Position numbers and translations under genes: made by a program. DNA of 64,000 nucleotides from an uncultured Verrucomicrobiota bacterium (GTDB lineage: Bacteria; Verrucomicrobiota; Verrucomicrobiia; Limisphaerales; UBA8199): positions 854-64,853 of the forward strand of contig CAZVFC010000046.1 of the NCBI GenBank assembly GCA_964625855.1, in the 5' to 3' direction. The notes below the pieces were generated by a model. It searched no databases. It saw only the letters and a program-made list of their open reading frames with translations, and was not told the DNA's origin. Positions 9,716 through 20,000 of this stretch are shown piece by piece. Numbering within the stretch: position 1 is the stretch's first letter; each line of letters begins with the position of its first letter.

Positions 9716-10594
9716 CTATTTCAATAGGCCGACGCCCTGCATGGTGGCCCGCAGGATTTCGCGGTTCTTAGGGCTCATGGGGACCAGTGGCAGGCGATAT
9801 TCCTCCTCAATCTGGCCCAGCATCGCCAGGGCGGCCTTCACCGGCACCGGGTTGGTCTCGATGAACAGGTCCTTGAACAACGGGTAATACCGCTGGTGAA
9901 GCTTGAGGGCGGCGCGGGTGTTGCCCACAGCGTAGGCCTTGACCATCTGCGCGACCTGGCGCGGGATAACGTTTGAGGCTACGCTGATGACGCCTTGCGC
10001 GCCGACCGCCATGAACGGCAGCGTGAGTGAATCATCCCCACTCAGGATCTCAAACCGCGGCCCAAGCATCGCCCGCAACTGGCTCACGCGATCCGCGCTG
10101 CCGCCTGCTTCCTTGATTCCAATGATGGTTTTGCACTCGTGTGCCAACCGCTTGACCGTGTCCACACCAATCTCGATCCCGCACCGGCCGGGGATGCTGT
10201 AGAGCACGATGGGCAGGCGCGTGCAGCGCGCCACCTCGCGGAAATGCTGGAACAGCCCCTCCTGCGTCGGCTTGTTGTAATACGGCGCCACCTGCAAAGA
10301 GCCATCCGCCCCGGCCTTCGCGGCCCGTTCCGTGAGGAGGATCGCCTCGCTGGTCGAGTTGCCGCCCGTGCCGGCGAGCACCTTGATCCGCCCGCGCGCG
10401 AACTTCACCGACAGCGCGATAATACGGACATGCTCGTCATAATCCACCGTAGGCGATTCCCCCGTCGTGCCGACCGGCACGATGCCGTCCACGCCGGCCC
10501 GAACCTGCGCCTGAACCAGGCGTTCGAGCGCCACTTCGTCAATCTTGCCCTGCTTAAAGGGCGTTACAATCGCTGTGTAGGTTCCTGTAAACAT
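9716..10594 (-). CDS. dapA: 4-hydroxy-tetrahydrodipicolinate synthase. The start is at the MFTGTY Met; the ORF-track start at 10624 is over-extended.
   Basis: AIVTPF...VPVGTTGES...VLAGTGGNST...APYYNKP...YSIPGR are DapA family motifs. Confidence 0.9.
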   Translation of the reverse strand: MFTGTYTAIVTPFKQGKIDEVALERLVQAQVRAGVDGIVPVGTTGESPTVDYDEHVRIIALSVKFARGRIKVLAGTGGNSTSEAILLTERAAKAGADGSLQVAPYYNKPTQEGLFQHFREVARCTRLPIVLYSIPGRCGIEIGVDTVKRLAHECKTIIGIKEAGGSADRVSQLRAMLGPRFEILSGDDSLTLPFMAVGAQGVISVASNVIPRQVAQMVKAYAVGNTRAALKLHQRYYPLFKDLFIETNPVPVKAALAMLGQIEEEYRLPLVPMSPKNREILRATMQGVGLLK

Positions 10595-10595
10595 G

Positions 10596-11405
10596 CTAAA
10601 CCTCAATCCTTCCTTCGAACACAAACTCCGCAGGGCCGCTCAACCGCACCTCCCGGAACTCGCCGCCCTCCTCCTTGAAAGTGACCGCCAACTCCTCGCC
10701 GCCCTGCACTTGCACGTTCACCGGCGAAGTGAAGCCGTGCAGTCGCGCCGCGATCAATGCCGCCGCCGTCACGCCTGTGCCGCAAGCCAGCGTTTCGCCT
10801 TCGACCCCGCGCTCGAACGTCCGCACTCGGATGTGGTTCGGTCCGAGCCGCTGCGCGAAATTCACGTTGGTGCCTTTCGGGCCAAAGTGCGGGTGGTGGC
10901 GGATTTCCGGCCCAAGCTGCTCCATCATCACCCGGTCGGCGTCGGGCACGAAGAGCACCGCGTGCGGCACGCCGGTATTGATCGCGTGAATCGTCTCAGT
11001 CCCCACCGACAGCACCACCCGCTGGTTAAGCCGCAAGTCTCCCGGCGGCGTCAGGTTGACAGTGACCCGTTCGCCTTGAAAGCTGGCAGTGATCACGCCC
11101 GCCTCGGTCTCGAACGTAAGCCCCCCGCTCACCCCCGTCAGCTTCTGCACAAAGCGCGAGAAGCAGCGCGCGCCGTTGCCGCACATCTCTCCCGTGCTTC
11201 CGTCACGGTTATAAAATTCCCAGGCCCAATCCGCCTTGCCTGAAGCCGAAGGCACCAGTAGCAGGACACCGTCCGCACCCACACCGCGGTGCCGGTCGCA
11301 GAGCCGCACGACCTGGCTGCGCGACAACCTGACTTTCCGTGCCCGGTTATCAATGAGCACAAAGTCATTCCCCGCGCCGTTCATCTTCGTGAAATCCAGG
11401 ACCAT
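10596..11405 (-). CDS. dapF: Diaminopimelate epimerase. The start is at MVLDFTKMNGAGNDF.
   Basis: FTKMNGAGNDFVLID...GEMCGNGARC...ETLACGTG are the DapF signature and its two catalytic Cys regions. Confidence 0.85.
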   Translation of the reverse strand: MVLDFTKMNGAGNDFVLIDNRARKVRLSRSQVVRLCDRHRGVGADGVLLLVPSASGKADWAWEFYNRDGSTGEMCGNGARCFSRFVQKLTGVSGGLTFETEAGVITASFQGERVTVNLTPPGDLRLNQRVVLSVGTETIHAINTGVPHAVLFVPDADRVMMEQLGPEIRHHPHFGPKGTNVNFAQRLGPNHIRVRTFERGVEGETLACGTGVTAAALIAARLHGFTSPVNVQVQGGEELAVTFKEEGGEFREVRLSGPAEFVFEGRIEV

Positions 11406-12397
11406 CGGGAAAGAGTGTAGTGCGACCCAACCCACGTGTCGAGCCACGAGTGGGACTGTGTGAGAACCCGGGATGGCAAGCCAGGTGGCCCGTGCGACTC
11501 GCAGCCTGCCCCAAAGGCTCTGGATGGGCCCAATTCGGGTTCATCTGACAGGTCTGCCCTTGGGATGTCGCTTTGGGGCGTAGAGTCATGCCGTCGTAGG
11601 AACAAGCGAAGGCCGCCATACCCGACTCAGGTGCTGACGGGCCAGGGCGCCGTGAGCCCTGCCCCCCCACCGGGGCGACGCCACGTCCCCAATACCGTCA
11701 ATTCAAATCGCTTCCGAATTGCTGCCGTCAAAAGCGGGTGGCGAGAGAAGTCTAAAGTCCAAAGTCAGGCTGATAGTGGATGTTGAAGTTGTTCAATATC
11801 AAAAAGTTACGCGTGCCAAAGCGGTTTCTGCCGTTATGGTGGTGGTTGCGACATCAAATGTAAGTCAATGCAGGAGAATAAGTTACGCAGCAGGCTATCC
11901 AATGTTACCTACGGTGTGTCTGTGGCGTGGATACGGTGAGTATGCGGAGTGTCTCGAGGGAGATTCCCAAGAGTCCCCTGTTCCAGACGTGCGTCAACCT
12001 ACATCGCTTCGTGTTCAGTGGAGCAGCGATGCTCGTGCGGCTTGGTCTGCTACCCGCGCAAGGGGCTTATGCGGTGCTGATCCGACGGGTGGTATGAGAG
12101 CGAAGACCAGGGTTCAGAAGCCGGCGCCGGTGGCGGCGCGATACGGCTGGCCTGAAGGCATCCGACCCGTTGCGCCGTCTTGGAGTGCAGTTCCCAAACC
12201 CCACCTTCCAGCAGCAAAACAAAGCTTGCCAAGAAGCTGGAAACATGGTCAAAATCCGACTATGCAAGTCTATGGCTCGCCCCGATGCGTAGTGAGGGGC
12301 ATTGGCACTGAGGTCCGGCGCGAAGGTGGCGGCGCCGGAAAGCGCCAAATCAGCGCCCAATGAAGTACGGCGCGGCGGAGCCTCTGGAATCTGAATT

Positions 12398-13219
12398 ATG
12401 AATGCGACCTGCTGCGACAAAGCCTGCGTGTCCGTAAGGACAAGAGGCAGTACTGTAAGACGTCCGACCCCGAAGCTGGGATTCACCCTGATTGAGCTGC
12501 TGGTAGTCATTGCCATCATCGCGATTCTCGCGGCATTGCTGTTGCCGGCTTTGGCGAGCGCGAAGGAGAAGAGCAAGCGCACAGGGTGTCTGAACAATCT
12601 CCGACAACTGGCAATTGGGGTTCACATGTATGCGCTCGACAACGTGGACAAGGTTCTCGCCGCGCGTTACAGCGGCGGCGAGTACGTTCAGAACTGTCTC
12701 AATCCACCGGAAGCGACAGCGGCGAAGTCCGTTGGGCTGGTTGTGCAGTCAAACGTCGTATCGGTATGGACTTGCCCCAATCGGCCCGGTCTTCCCGTCT
12801 ATGAAGCCGCCTACCCCCAGTGGGTGCTGGGCTTCCAGTATTTTGGCGGGATCGAGACCTGGCACAATCCGGCCGGCAGCTTTCCCTCGCGCAGCCCGGT
12901 GAAGCTTGCGTCGTCAAAGCCGAACTGGACCCTGGCGGCCGACTCGACCATGAAGATCAACGGGACCTGGGGCGGACAGGAGACCGGGCGCGAGTTCGTC
13001 TATAAAAACATGCCCCAGCACCGAGGGCCCAAATCAATGGTGCCCAAAGGGGGCAACCAGGTCTTTATTGATGGCTCGGCCCGCTGGGTCAAGTTCGAGG
13101 AAATGTATTTCCTTGCCACGTGGAGCCTCACCTCGCGCATCGCCTACTTCTACCAGGATCCTGCCGACTTCGAACCCGCATTGAAAGCGGTGTTGCCTTC
13201 ACTTCGGGCCAAGCCATAG
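12398..13219 (+). CDS. Prepilin-type N-terminal cleavage/methylation protein of the DUF1559 / H-X9-DG family (PVC-type pseudopilin-like).
   Basis: It has [25 protein letters not shown] after a short leader. The C-terminus [24 protein letters not shown] is H-X9-DG-like. Confidence 0.8.
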   Translation: MNATCCDKACVSVRTRGSTVRRPTPKLGFTLIELLVVIAIIAILAALLLPALASAKEKSKRTGCLNNLRQLAIGVHMYALDNVDKVLAARYSGGEYVQNCLNPPEATAAKSVGLVVQSNVVSVWTCPNRPGLPVYEAAYPQWVLGFQYFGGIETWHNPAGSFPSRSPVKLASSKPNWTLAADSTMKINGTWGGQETGREFVYKNMPQHRGPKSMVPKGGNQVFIDGSARWVKFEEMYFLATWSLTSRIAYFYQDPADFEPALKAVLPSLRAKP

Positions 13220-13303
13220 CGCCTGCCCGGGCGCCGGCGTGGCGGCGACACCAAGCGTCAAACAAAGCTTTTCAGACGCCGAAGCTCGAAGCAGTATCGG
13301 TGT

Positions 13304-15121
13304 GTGATGCCTTCTGACTTCGTCCGAATGGTGCGGTGGCTGGCGTTGGGGCTGATGTGCGGCGCGAGCATGGCCGCGCCTGATCCACGCAATTTCGCCA
13401 ATGGAAACCTGATTCCTGTCGAAGGTTATTGCGACCAACCGCGTATCGTGGTCACCAAGGACGGCGCCTGGGTCTGCGTGCTCACCACCGGCCCTGGAGT
13501 CGAGGGGGCCGCAGGCCAACATGTCGTCGCCACCCTCAGTCAGGACAAAGGCAAGACATGGGCGCCGCTGACTGACATCGAGCCGGCAGACAAGGAACGG
13601 CCGTCGGCTTACGCCCTGGCGCTCATCACGCCGCAGGACCGCGTTTATGCCTTCTACAACTACAATGGAGACGGCATTCGCACGAAGCCCGATGGCAAAC
13701 CCATCCGCGACGATATGCAGGGCTGGTTCTGCTACCGCTTTTCAGACGACAAAGGGAAAAGCTGGTCGCAACGCTACCGGCTGCCGATGCGCGTGACGGC
13801 CGCTGACCGCAACAACGATTGGCAGGGCAAGCTGCAGATGTTCTGGGCCATCGGCACGCCTGCGGTGTGGGATGGCAAAGCGATCTTCGGCTTCTCCAAA
13901 CTAGGCAAGTATATCCTCGAGAACGGCGAGGGCTGGTTCTACCGCTCGGACAATGTCCTGAGCGAGAAGGACCCGGACAAGCTCGACTGGCAGCTCCTGC
14001 CCGACGGCGATAACGGCGTGCGCTTGCCGGAGTTCGGCTCCGTGCAGGAGGAGTTCGATGTGGTGCACCTGGAGAGGGAGGACTTGCTGTGCGTCTTTCG
14101 CACGACGCGCGGCCACGCCGGCAGCGCCTACAGCCGTGACGGCGGCCATACCTGGACCAAGCCCGACAAGCTGCGTTACAGCCCTGGGGGGCACATTGTC
14201 AAACAACCCCGCGCCTGCACCAAGATTTGGAAGACCCGCAATGGCCGTTACCTGCTCTGGTTCCACAACAATGGCACTACCACTTACAATAACGGCCTGA
14301 ACGCCGGGAGCCGGAACGTCGCCTGGCTCAGCGCCGGACGGCTCAAGGACGGCTTCGTATGGTGGTCACAGCCGGAGATCGTGGCCTATGTGGACGGCGG
14401 CTTGCAGGGTTGCAGCTACCCGGATTTCATCGAGGACGGCGGGCACTATTACATTTGCGCGACCCAAAAGACCGAGGCCCGAGTGATAGACGTCGAGCCG
14501 TGGTTGCTCGAAGGTTTGTGGGATCAGGGCACGCGGAGTGACCTGGCGACGAATGGACTGGTGCTGAATCTGTCCGGGGAGAAGTGCGCCGCGAATGCCG
14601 CCATCCGCGGACCCAAGCTGGCGCCGCTCTGTGGGGACATCCAACGGCGCACGTCGCGTGAAGAGACGGCGGGCGGCCTGACGATTGATGTGGCGGTGCG
14701 TTTCACCGACCTCGCGCCAGGCCAGGTGATTCTCGACGCCCGCGATGCCGCCGGGCGAGGCTATTTGTTGCGGACCAGTGACCACGAGACGGTCCGGTTC
14801 GAGATGTGCGATGGCTGGCAGGCTGCGTTTTGGGATTGCGATGCCGGCGCGCTTGAGACGAACACCGTGCACCATATCGTTGTTGGCGTGGACGGGCGCG
14901 CGAAGGTGATTTGGTTCGTCGTGGACGGGGCGCTCAATGACGGCGGGGCGCAGCGGCCATTCGGCTTCGGGCGGTTCAGCCCGATATTCAAGGACATTTC
15001 AGGCGGGCGCACGTTGCGGATCTCCCCTGCCCTGCACGGCGAGTTAAAGCACCTGCGCCTTTACGACCGCGCACTGCTCACAAGCGAGGCGATAGCGAAC
15101 TTCCACGCGCTGGCCCAATAA
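13304..15121 (+). CDS. Secreted BNR/Asp-box repeat glycosidase-like protein (sialidase superfamily). It has a C-terminal LamG/concanavalin-like domain.
   Basis: It has a signal peptide and three Asp-boxes (SQDKGKTW, SDDKGKSW, SRDGGHTW). The C-terminal region has LamG-like character (...LRLYDRALLTSEAIANF). Confidence 0.6.
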   Translation: MMPSDFVRMVRWLALGLMCGASMAAPDPRNFANGNLIPVEGYCDQPRIVVTKDGAWVCVLTTGPGVEGAAGQHVVATLSQDKGKTWAPLTDIEPADKERPSAYALALITPQDRVYAFYNYNGDGIRTKPDGKPIRDDMQGWFCYRFSDDKGKSWSQRYRLPMRVTAADRNNDWQGKLQMFWAIGTPAVWDGKAIFGFSKLGKYILENGEGWFYRSDNVLSEKDPDKLDWQLLPDGDNGVRLPEFGSVQEEFDVVHLEREDLLCVFRTTRGHAGSAYSRDGGHTWTKPDKLRYSPGGHIVKQPRACTKIWKTRNGRYLLWFHNNGTTTYNNGLNAGSRNVAWLSAGRLKDGFVWWSQPEIVAYVDGGLQGCSYPDFIEDGGHYYICATQKTEARVIDVEPWLLEGLWDQGTRSDLATNGLVLNLSGEKCAANAAIRGPKLAPLCGDIQRRTSREETAGGLTIDVAVRFTDLAPGQVILDARDAAGRGYLLRTSDHETVRFEMCDGWQAAFWDCDAGALETNTVHHIVVGVDGRAKVIWFVVDGALNDGGAQRPFGFGRFSPIFKDISGGRTLRISPALHGELKHLRLYDRALLTSEAIANFHALAQ

Positions 15122-15133
15122 AGTGCGGCGACG

Positions 15134-16819
15134 TCAGAACAGGCCAACGGTATTGCCGTTGGCATCAACATCCATTGCCTCGGCAGCGGGGACTTTCGGC
15201 AGGCCGGGCATGGTCATAATGTCGCCCGTGTAAACCACCACAAAGCCCGGACCGGCGCTGAGCCGGGCGTTGCGCAGCGGAACAATGAAGCCCTGTGGGC
15301 AGCCTTTCAAGTTCGGGTCGGCGGACAAAGAATACTGAGTCTTTGCCATGCAGATTGGCAACTCGCCGAAACCGGCATCCTCGAACGAGCGGAGCTTTTC
15401 CGCACTGCTGCCTTCGGCCACCACGTCGGCCGCGCCATAAATCTTCTGCGCAATCATGCGCACCTTGTCGAGCAAGGACAGTTTATCGGGATAGGTGAAG
15501 TTCAGCGCGCCGTTGGCTGGGCGCGCAGTGGTTTCGAGCACCAGACGGGCCAAGTCTTCCGCTCCGGCGCCGCCGCGGGCAAAATGCTCTGAAAGCGCCA
15601 CCGGCACCTTGACTTTGGCGCAAGCGTCGCGGATGACCTGCCATTCCTCAGGGGTGTCGCTGGCAAAAACATTGATGGAAACGATGACTGGCAAGCCGAA
15701 GGCTTGGAGGTTTTCGATGTGCTTCACGAGGTTGGACACACCCGCTGTCAAAGCCGCCACGTCCGGCTTTCCCAGTTCCGGCACCTTGATGCCTCCGTGA
15801 TACTTCAATGCCCGCACCGTGGCGACCAGCACGGCCAGGTCGGGGCGCAAGCCGGCCTTGCGGCATTTGATGTTAATAAACTTCTCCGCTCCGAGGTCAG
15901 CGCCGAAGCCGGCTTCTGTGACCGTGAAGTCGGCCAGGCGCAGACCCAGCTTGGTCGCCGTGACAGTGTTGCAGCCGTGCGCGATGTTGCCGAACGGTCC
16001 GCCGTGGATCAGGGCTGGGTTGCCTTCCAGCGTTTGCACAAGGTTCGGCTGAACGCCGTACCGCATCAGGACGGTCATGGCGCCATCCGCTTTGAGGTCC
16101 CGAGCCGTGATCAGTTTGCCGCTCTGCGAGTAAGCCACGACGATCCGACCCAGCCGCGCCTTCAGCTCGGGCAAGGATTCCGAGAAACAGAGCGTCGCCA
16201 TGACTTCGGACGCCGGCGTGATATCGAAGCCCGACTCGCGTGGGATTGAGTTGCCCGTACCCCCAAGGCCGATGACAATCTCGCGCAGTGCGCGTTCGTT
16301 CATGTCGAGCACCCGCCGCCATACAATCCGGCGCTGGTTAATGCCCAGGGCGTTGCCGAAGTGCAGATGGTTGTCGAGCATCGCCGCCAACAGGTTGTGA
16401 GAGGAAGTAACGACGTGGAAATCTCCGTTGAAATGCAGGTTGATCTCCTCCATCGGCGCGACCTGGGCATAGCCACCGCCGGTGCCGCCACCCTTGACGC
16501 CGAAGCAGGGTCCGACCGACGGTTCGCGCAGGCAAAGAATCGCCTTCTTACCCAGCCGATTGAGAGCGTCGGTCAATCCAATGCTCGTGGTGGTCTTGCC
16601 TTCGCCGGCGGGAGTCGGATTGATGGCGGTGACCAGGATCAGCTTGCCCGTCGGGGAATCCTGCAGCCGCCGGTAGAGATCGAGCGTGATCTTGGCCTTG
16701 GTCTTGCCGTAAAACTCCAGGTCATCTTCTTTGATCCCGACTTTGGCGGCTACTGCTTCGATCGGCTGCAGCTTGGCCCGCTGGGAGATTTCAATCGCAC
16801 TGAGTTGTGTTGGATTCAT
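15134..16819 (-). CDS. fhs: Formate--tetrahydrofolate ligase. The start is at MNPTQLSAIEIS; the ORF-track start at 16885 runs into the tRNA gene.
   Basis: PTPAGEGKTTTSIGL...LREPSVGPCFGVKGGGTGGGY...EAGFGADLGAEKF are the FTHFS signature. Confidence 0.9.
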   Translation of the reverse strand: MNPTQLSAIEISQRAKLQPIEAVAAKVGIKEDDLEFYGKTKAKITLDLYRRLQDSPTGKLILVTAINPTPAGEGKTTTSIGLTDALNRLGKKAILCLREPSVGPCFGVKGGGTGGGYAQVAPMEEINLHFNGDFHVVTSSHNLLAAMLDNHLHFGNALGINQRRIVWRRVLDMNERALREIVIGLGGTGNSIPRESGFDITPASEVMATLCFSESLPELKARLGRIVVAYSQSGKLITARDLKADGAMTVLMRYGVQPNLVQTLEGNPALIHGGPFGNIAHGCNTVTATKLGLRLADFTVTEAGFGADLGAEKFINIKCRKAGLRPDLAVLVATVRALKYHGGIKVPELGKPDVAALTAGVSNLVKHIENLQAFGLPVIVSINVFASDTPEEWQVIRDACAKVKVPVALSEHFARGGAGAEDLARLVLETTARPANGALNFTYPDKLSLLDKVRMIAQKIYGAADVVAEGSSAEKLRSFEDAGFGELPICMAKTQYSLSADPNLKGCPQGFIVPLRNARLSAGPGFVVVYTGDIMTMPGLPKVPAAEAMDVDANGNTVGLF

Positions 16820-16841
16820 TTCGTCTCGGACGTGCAAAAGG

Positions 16842-16919
16842 TGGTCGGAGCGACAGGATTTGAACCTGCGACGTCTTGGTCCCAAACCAAGTGCTCTAGC
16901 CAGGCTGAGCTACGCTCCG
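16842..16919 (-). tRNA. tRNA-Pro (anticodon TGG), with CCA encoded.
   Basis: The minus-strand sequence is CGGAGCGTAGCTCAGCCTGGCTAGAGCACTTGGTTTGGGACCAAGACGTCGCAGGTTCAAATCCTGTCGCTCCGACCA. It forms a cloverleaf with a 7-bp acceptor stem, GGTTCAAATCC T-arm, anticodon loop TTTGGGA and G37. Confidence 0.85.
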
Positions 16920-17095
16920 GTGACCGGGTTACAAATAGTCCATACCACCCCGCGCCGCAATCACAAAACAGAGTCAGCCGCCTGCTCAGCGCAAGTGACA
17001 ATGTCAGCACACAGGCAGAGGCATGGGCAGAGGGCCAACAGGCCAGGTCTCACGCCCCGGCTTCGCGAGTCAAACTGGTCTCTCGAAATGGCGCC

Positions 17096-20000
17096 CTATT
17101 CGCTCTTGATCCGGTAAAACTGCTGCGGATCAGAGCCCGGGGTGATGACAAATGAACCCGGGGAACTGGTATTGGTCTTGACCCGCAGCCAGTTCACCAA
17201 GGGAGCCGTGACATTGTTGGTCTGGAGCAGGACGAACTGCGAACCGGTGCCACCCGAGTAGCTTAGGGTCAGATCACTGCCGGGGCCCGAGGCAATGCCG
17301 AAGCTGGTGACCGGCGTTGGCGTGGGGCCGACACCGGGCGTAAAGGTCAGCACGATGTTACCGGTGTCCGCCGAGGTCGTAAATGATCCGGCGGGATAGA
17401 CGCCGTTCTCAAGCGTCGCGAAAGTGGAGGTGGCACCACCGAACCAGATGATGGTCCAACTCCGCGTTGTCTGCCAGAACGGGTCGCTGCTGTCCGGCGC
17501 CGTCGCGGCGTCGGTGAAAAGGATCCTCAAGGTGGACGAACCGCCCAGGTTCAGGGAGCCACCCGCCAGGACGATCTGATCGAAGTCCGTGCCGGGCATG
17601 CCGTCCGTGTTGTCCTTCAACGCCGCGAGTTCCCAAACGTTGGTGCCGCCGGCACTGAGGTCCAATCCGTTAGCCAGGGTCAATGTGCCCACGCCGGTGC
17701 CCGCGACGATGCTGCCGCCGGCGTTGACCGTTACGGGGCCATTGATCATGCCCGAACCTCCGAGCGTGCCACCGGAGTTCACGGTCACCACGCTTTCCGC
17801 CGCCAGTGAGCCGGGGCTGTTCACGAGCAACGTGCCGCTATCTACCGTCGTGGTGTTCGTGTAAAGGTTGACCCCGCTCAGGATCTGTGTGCCTGTGCCC
17901 GTCTTCACCAACGACACCCCGGAATATTTGCCGGAACCCGGCACCCCGGTATTCTTGATCGTTCCGCTAAACTCGGCGCTAGCGTCGTTAAAGCCCACAT
18001 ACAAGACGGCATTCAACGCCCCGCCCGGATCAGTCTTATCTACCGCGCCGCTGCCGAACAATCCATTGACTGAGATCGTTGCCCGGTCATAGATATCGAA
18101 AGTGCCCGAAGACTCGACGATCAGGTTTCCCTTGCCCGCACCGTAAGGCAAGGGATTGTTCTTGCCTGGTCTGAGCACACCGCCATTGATTGTGGTGTCA
18201 CCGGTGTAGTCAAAGAAACCAGTGCCGGCAATCCCAATCTGCCACGTGCCCGCACCGATCTTGGTAACGGCGAGCGGAGCCGCACCGCCGTCGGTGATGG
18301 CCCCACAGAAGGTATAGGCGCCACTGCTGCTGGGGATGCTGACCGTTAGCTCCACCGCTGTGCTGGGGTGGTTGTTGCGGATGATGGCCGTGGCTGGGCT
18401 CGCAAAGCCGTTCTTGGTCACATTGGCCACCGTCAGGCTATTGCCGTTGAGCGAGAGGATTTTGGTGGTCGTGTCGTCGGGCATCGTGAGGACATTGACG
18501 CCAAGAGCGCCGGGGTTATTGACGATGATCTCACCGTGGTTAATGGTCACACCACCGTTGAAGGTGTTATTGCCGCCCAGTGCCAACGTACCCGCGCCAG
18601 CCTTGATCAGACCGAAGCCGGCACCGGAAATCTCACCGTCCACGGCAAGGGTGTTTGCAGCGACGGTGACCGTGCGGGTGGCTCCCAGCGTGACGGACCC
18701 GGCGCCGAGATTCAGGTCACTGGAGCCGGCAAAGGTGAAGTCACCATTCCAGGCCTGGGGATAGCTATTCAGGGTCAGCGGGCTACCGCTGGTGTTATCC
18801 AACGTGCCGCCGCCGATAGTGAACATGCCGCTGGCATCGCCCAAAGCGGCTACGTTCTCGACGTTGAGCGTGCCCGCGAGCAGAGTGGTGCCGCCGGTGT
18901 GTGCATTGGCGACGTCCAGTGTGAGAGCACCGGGGCCGAGCTTACGCACTTCCGCCGACCCACCGATGTGGCCCGAACCGGTCATCGTGTAGTTCCTGAT
19001 CGAACCCGCAACGACACCCTGTGGCAAAACCTCGGTGTTCAACGTGACGGTTGGGTTGCCCGTGGAAAGCGTGTCCCCGAACAAGGCAACATTTCCGTCC
19101 GCCCATGGGGTGGCACCGCCGATGTTCCAGCCAAGGGTGCCGACGGCCCAAGTGCCATCGCCGGTGCCCCACTCGAGGGCCGTGGCACCACCGGCGATAT
19201 CCAGGTAAAGTTCGCCGCCGACGATGGAAAGGCTGGGAGTGCCGCCGCCGATGATGCCGGAGCCTCCCACGGTGACCGTGCCCACCGTTCCTGAGACCCC
19301 GCCGCTGCCGGATACGGATACAAGCTTGTAGTTACCGTTCCCCAGCGGACTGCCGTTCACGGTGACGGAGGTCGTGTTGCCATTCAGGATCAGATTGCCG
19401 GTGACTGTAAGCGTGGGCGTACCCAACACATAGGTGAGGGTCAAAGGCCCACCATTACCCAGTGACAAATCGCCCTTGATGGTGCCCGTCCCGCCGCTAA
19501 CGTCCAGCGTCTGGCTGGCGCCAAGCGTGTACGGAGGAAAATCCACTTCGCCAACGTCGAGCGTTGCGCCAGCACCCAGCTTGATGCTGCCTGAGCCGGC
19601 AATCGAGCCGCCGAACCGCAATTTGAGAGTGCCGCCGCTGATTGTTGTCGCGCCGGTGTAAGTGTTGGCGTTGGTCAGAGTCTGAGTGCCGTTGCCGATC
19701 TTGGTTAAGGCAAGAGTGCGGCTGGTGCCGTTCTGAATGATGCCTCCAAACTCGCCGTCCGCATCCCCGGCACCAACCGTCAGTGTACTCGTGCCTGCGC
19801 CAGCAGTGGAATACACGTAGGGTGCATTGTAATAATTTGGATTGGCGACGGGATCAAAGTCGCTGTTCAGGCCGTTGATGGTGGGACTGAAGGTGCTCAG
19901 GTCAAGTTTGGAAGTGTCGCCCGGATTGCCGACATTCGCCAGCAACACGACGTTTCCGTAGCCGGGCCCGCTGGGGATCGCGCCAGCGACGTTCAACTTC

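Noticed and set aside
11719-12597. ORFs 11719-12363 (+) and 12067-12597 (-) in the gene-less region.
   Set aside because: Their translations are low-complexity and Arg/Ser/Ala-rich with no family resemblance. The second is antisense to the start of the DUF1559 gene. The region is better treated as non-coding.
16820-16885. The N-terminal extension of the fhs ORF. The same reasoning applies to the extension of the antitoxin-like ORF at 45039-45116.
   Set aside because: The extensions run into or through tRNA-Pro genes. Conserved N-termini begin at the internal Met codons.
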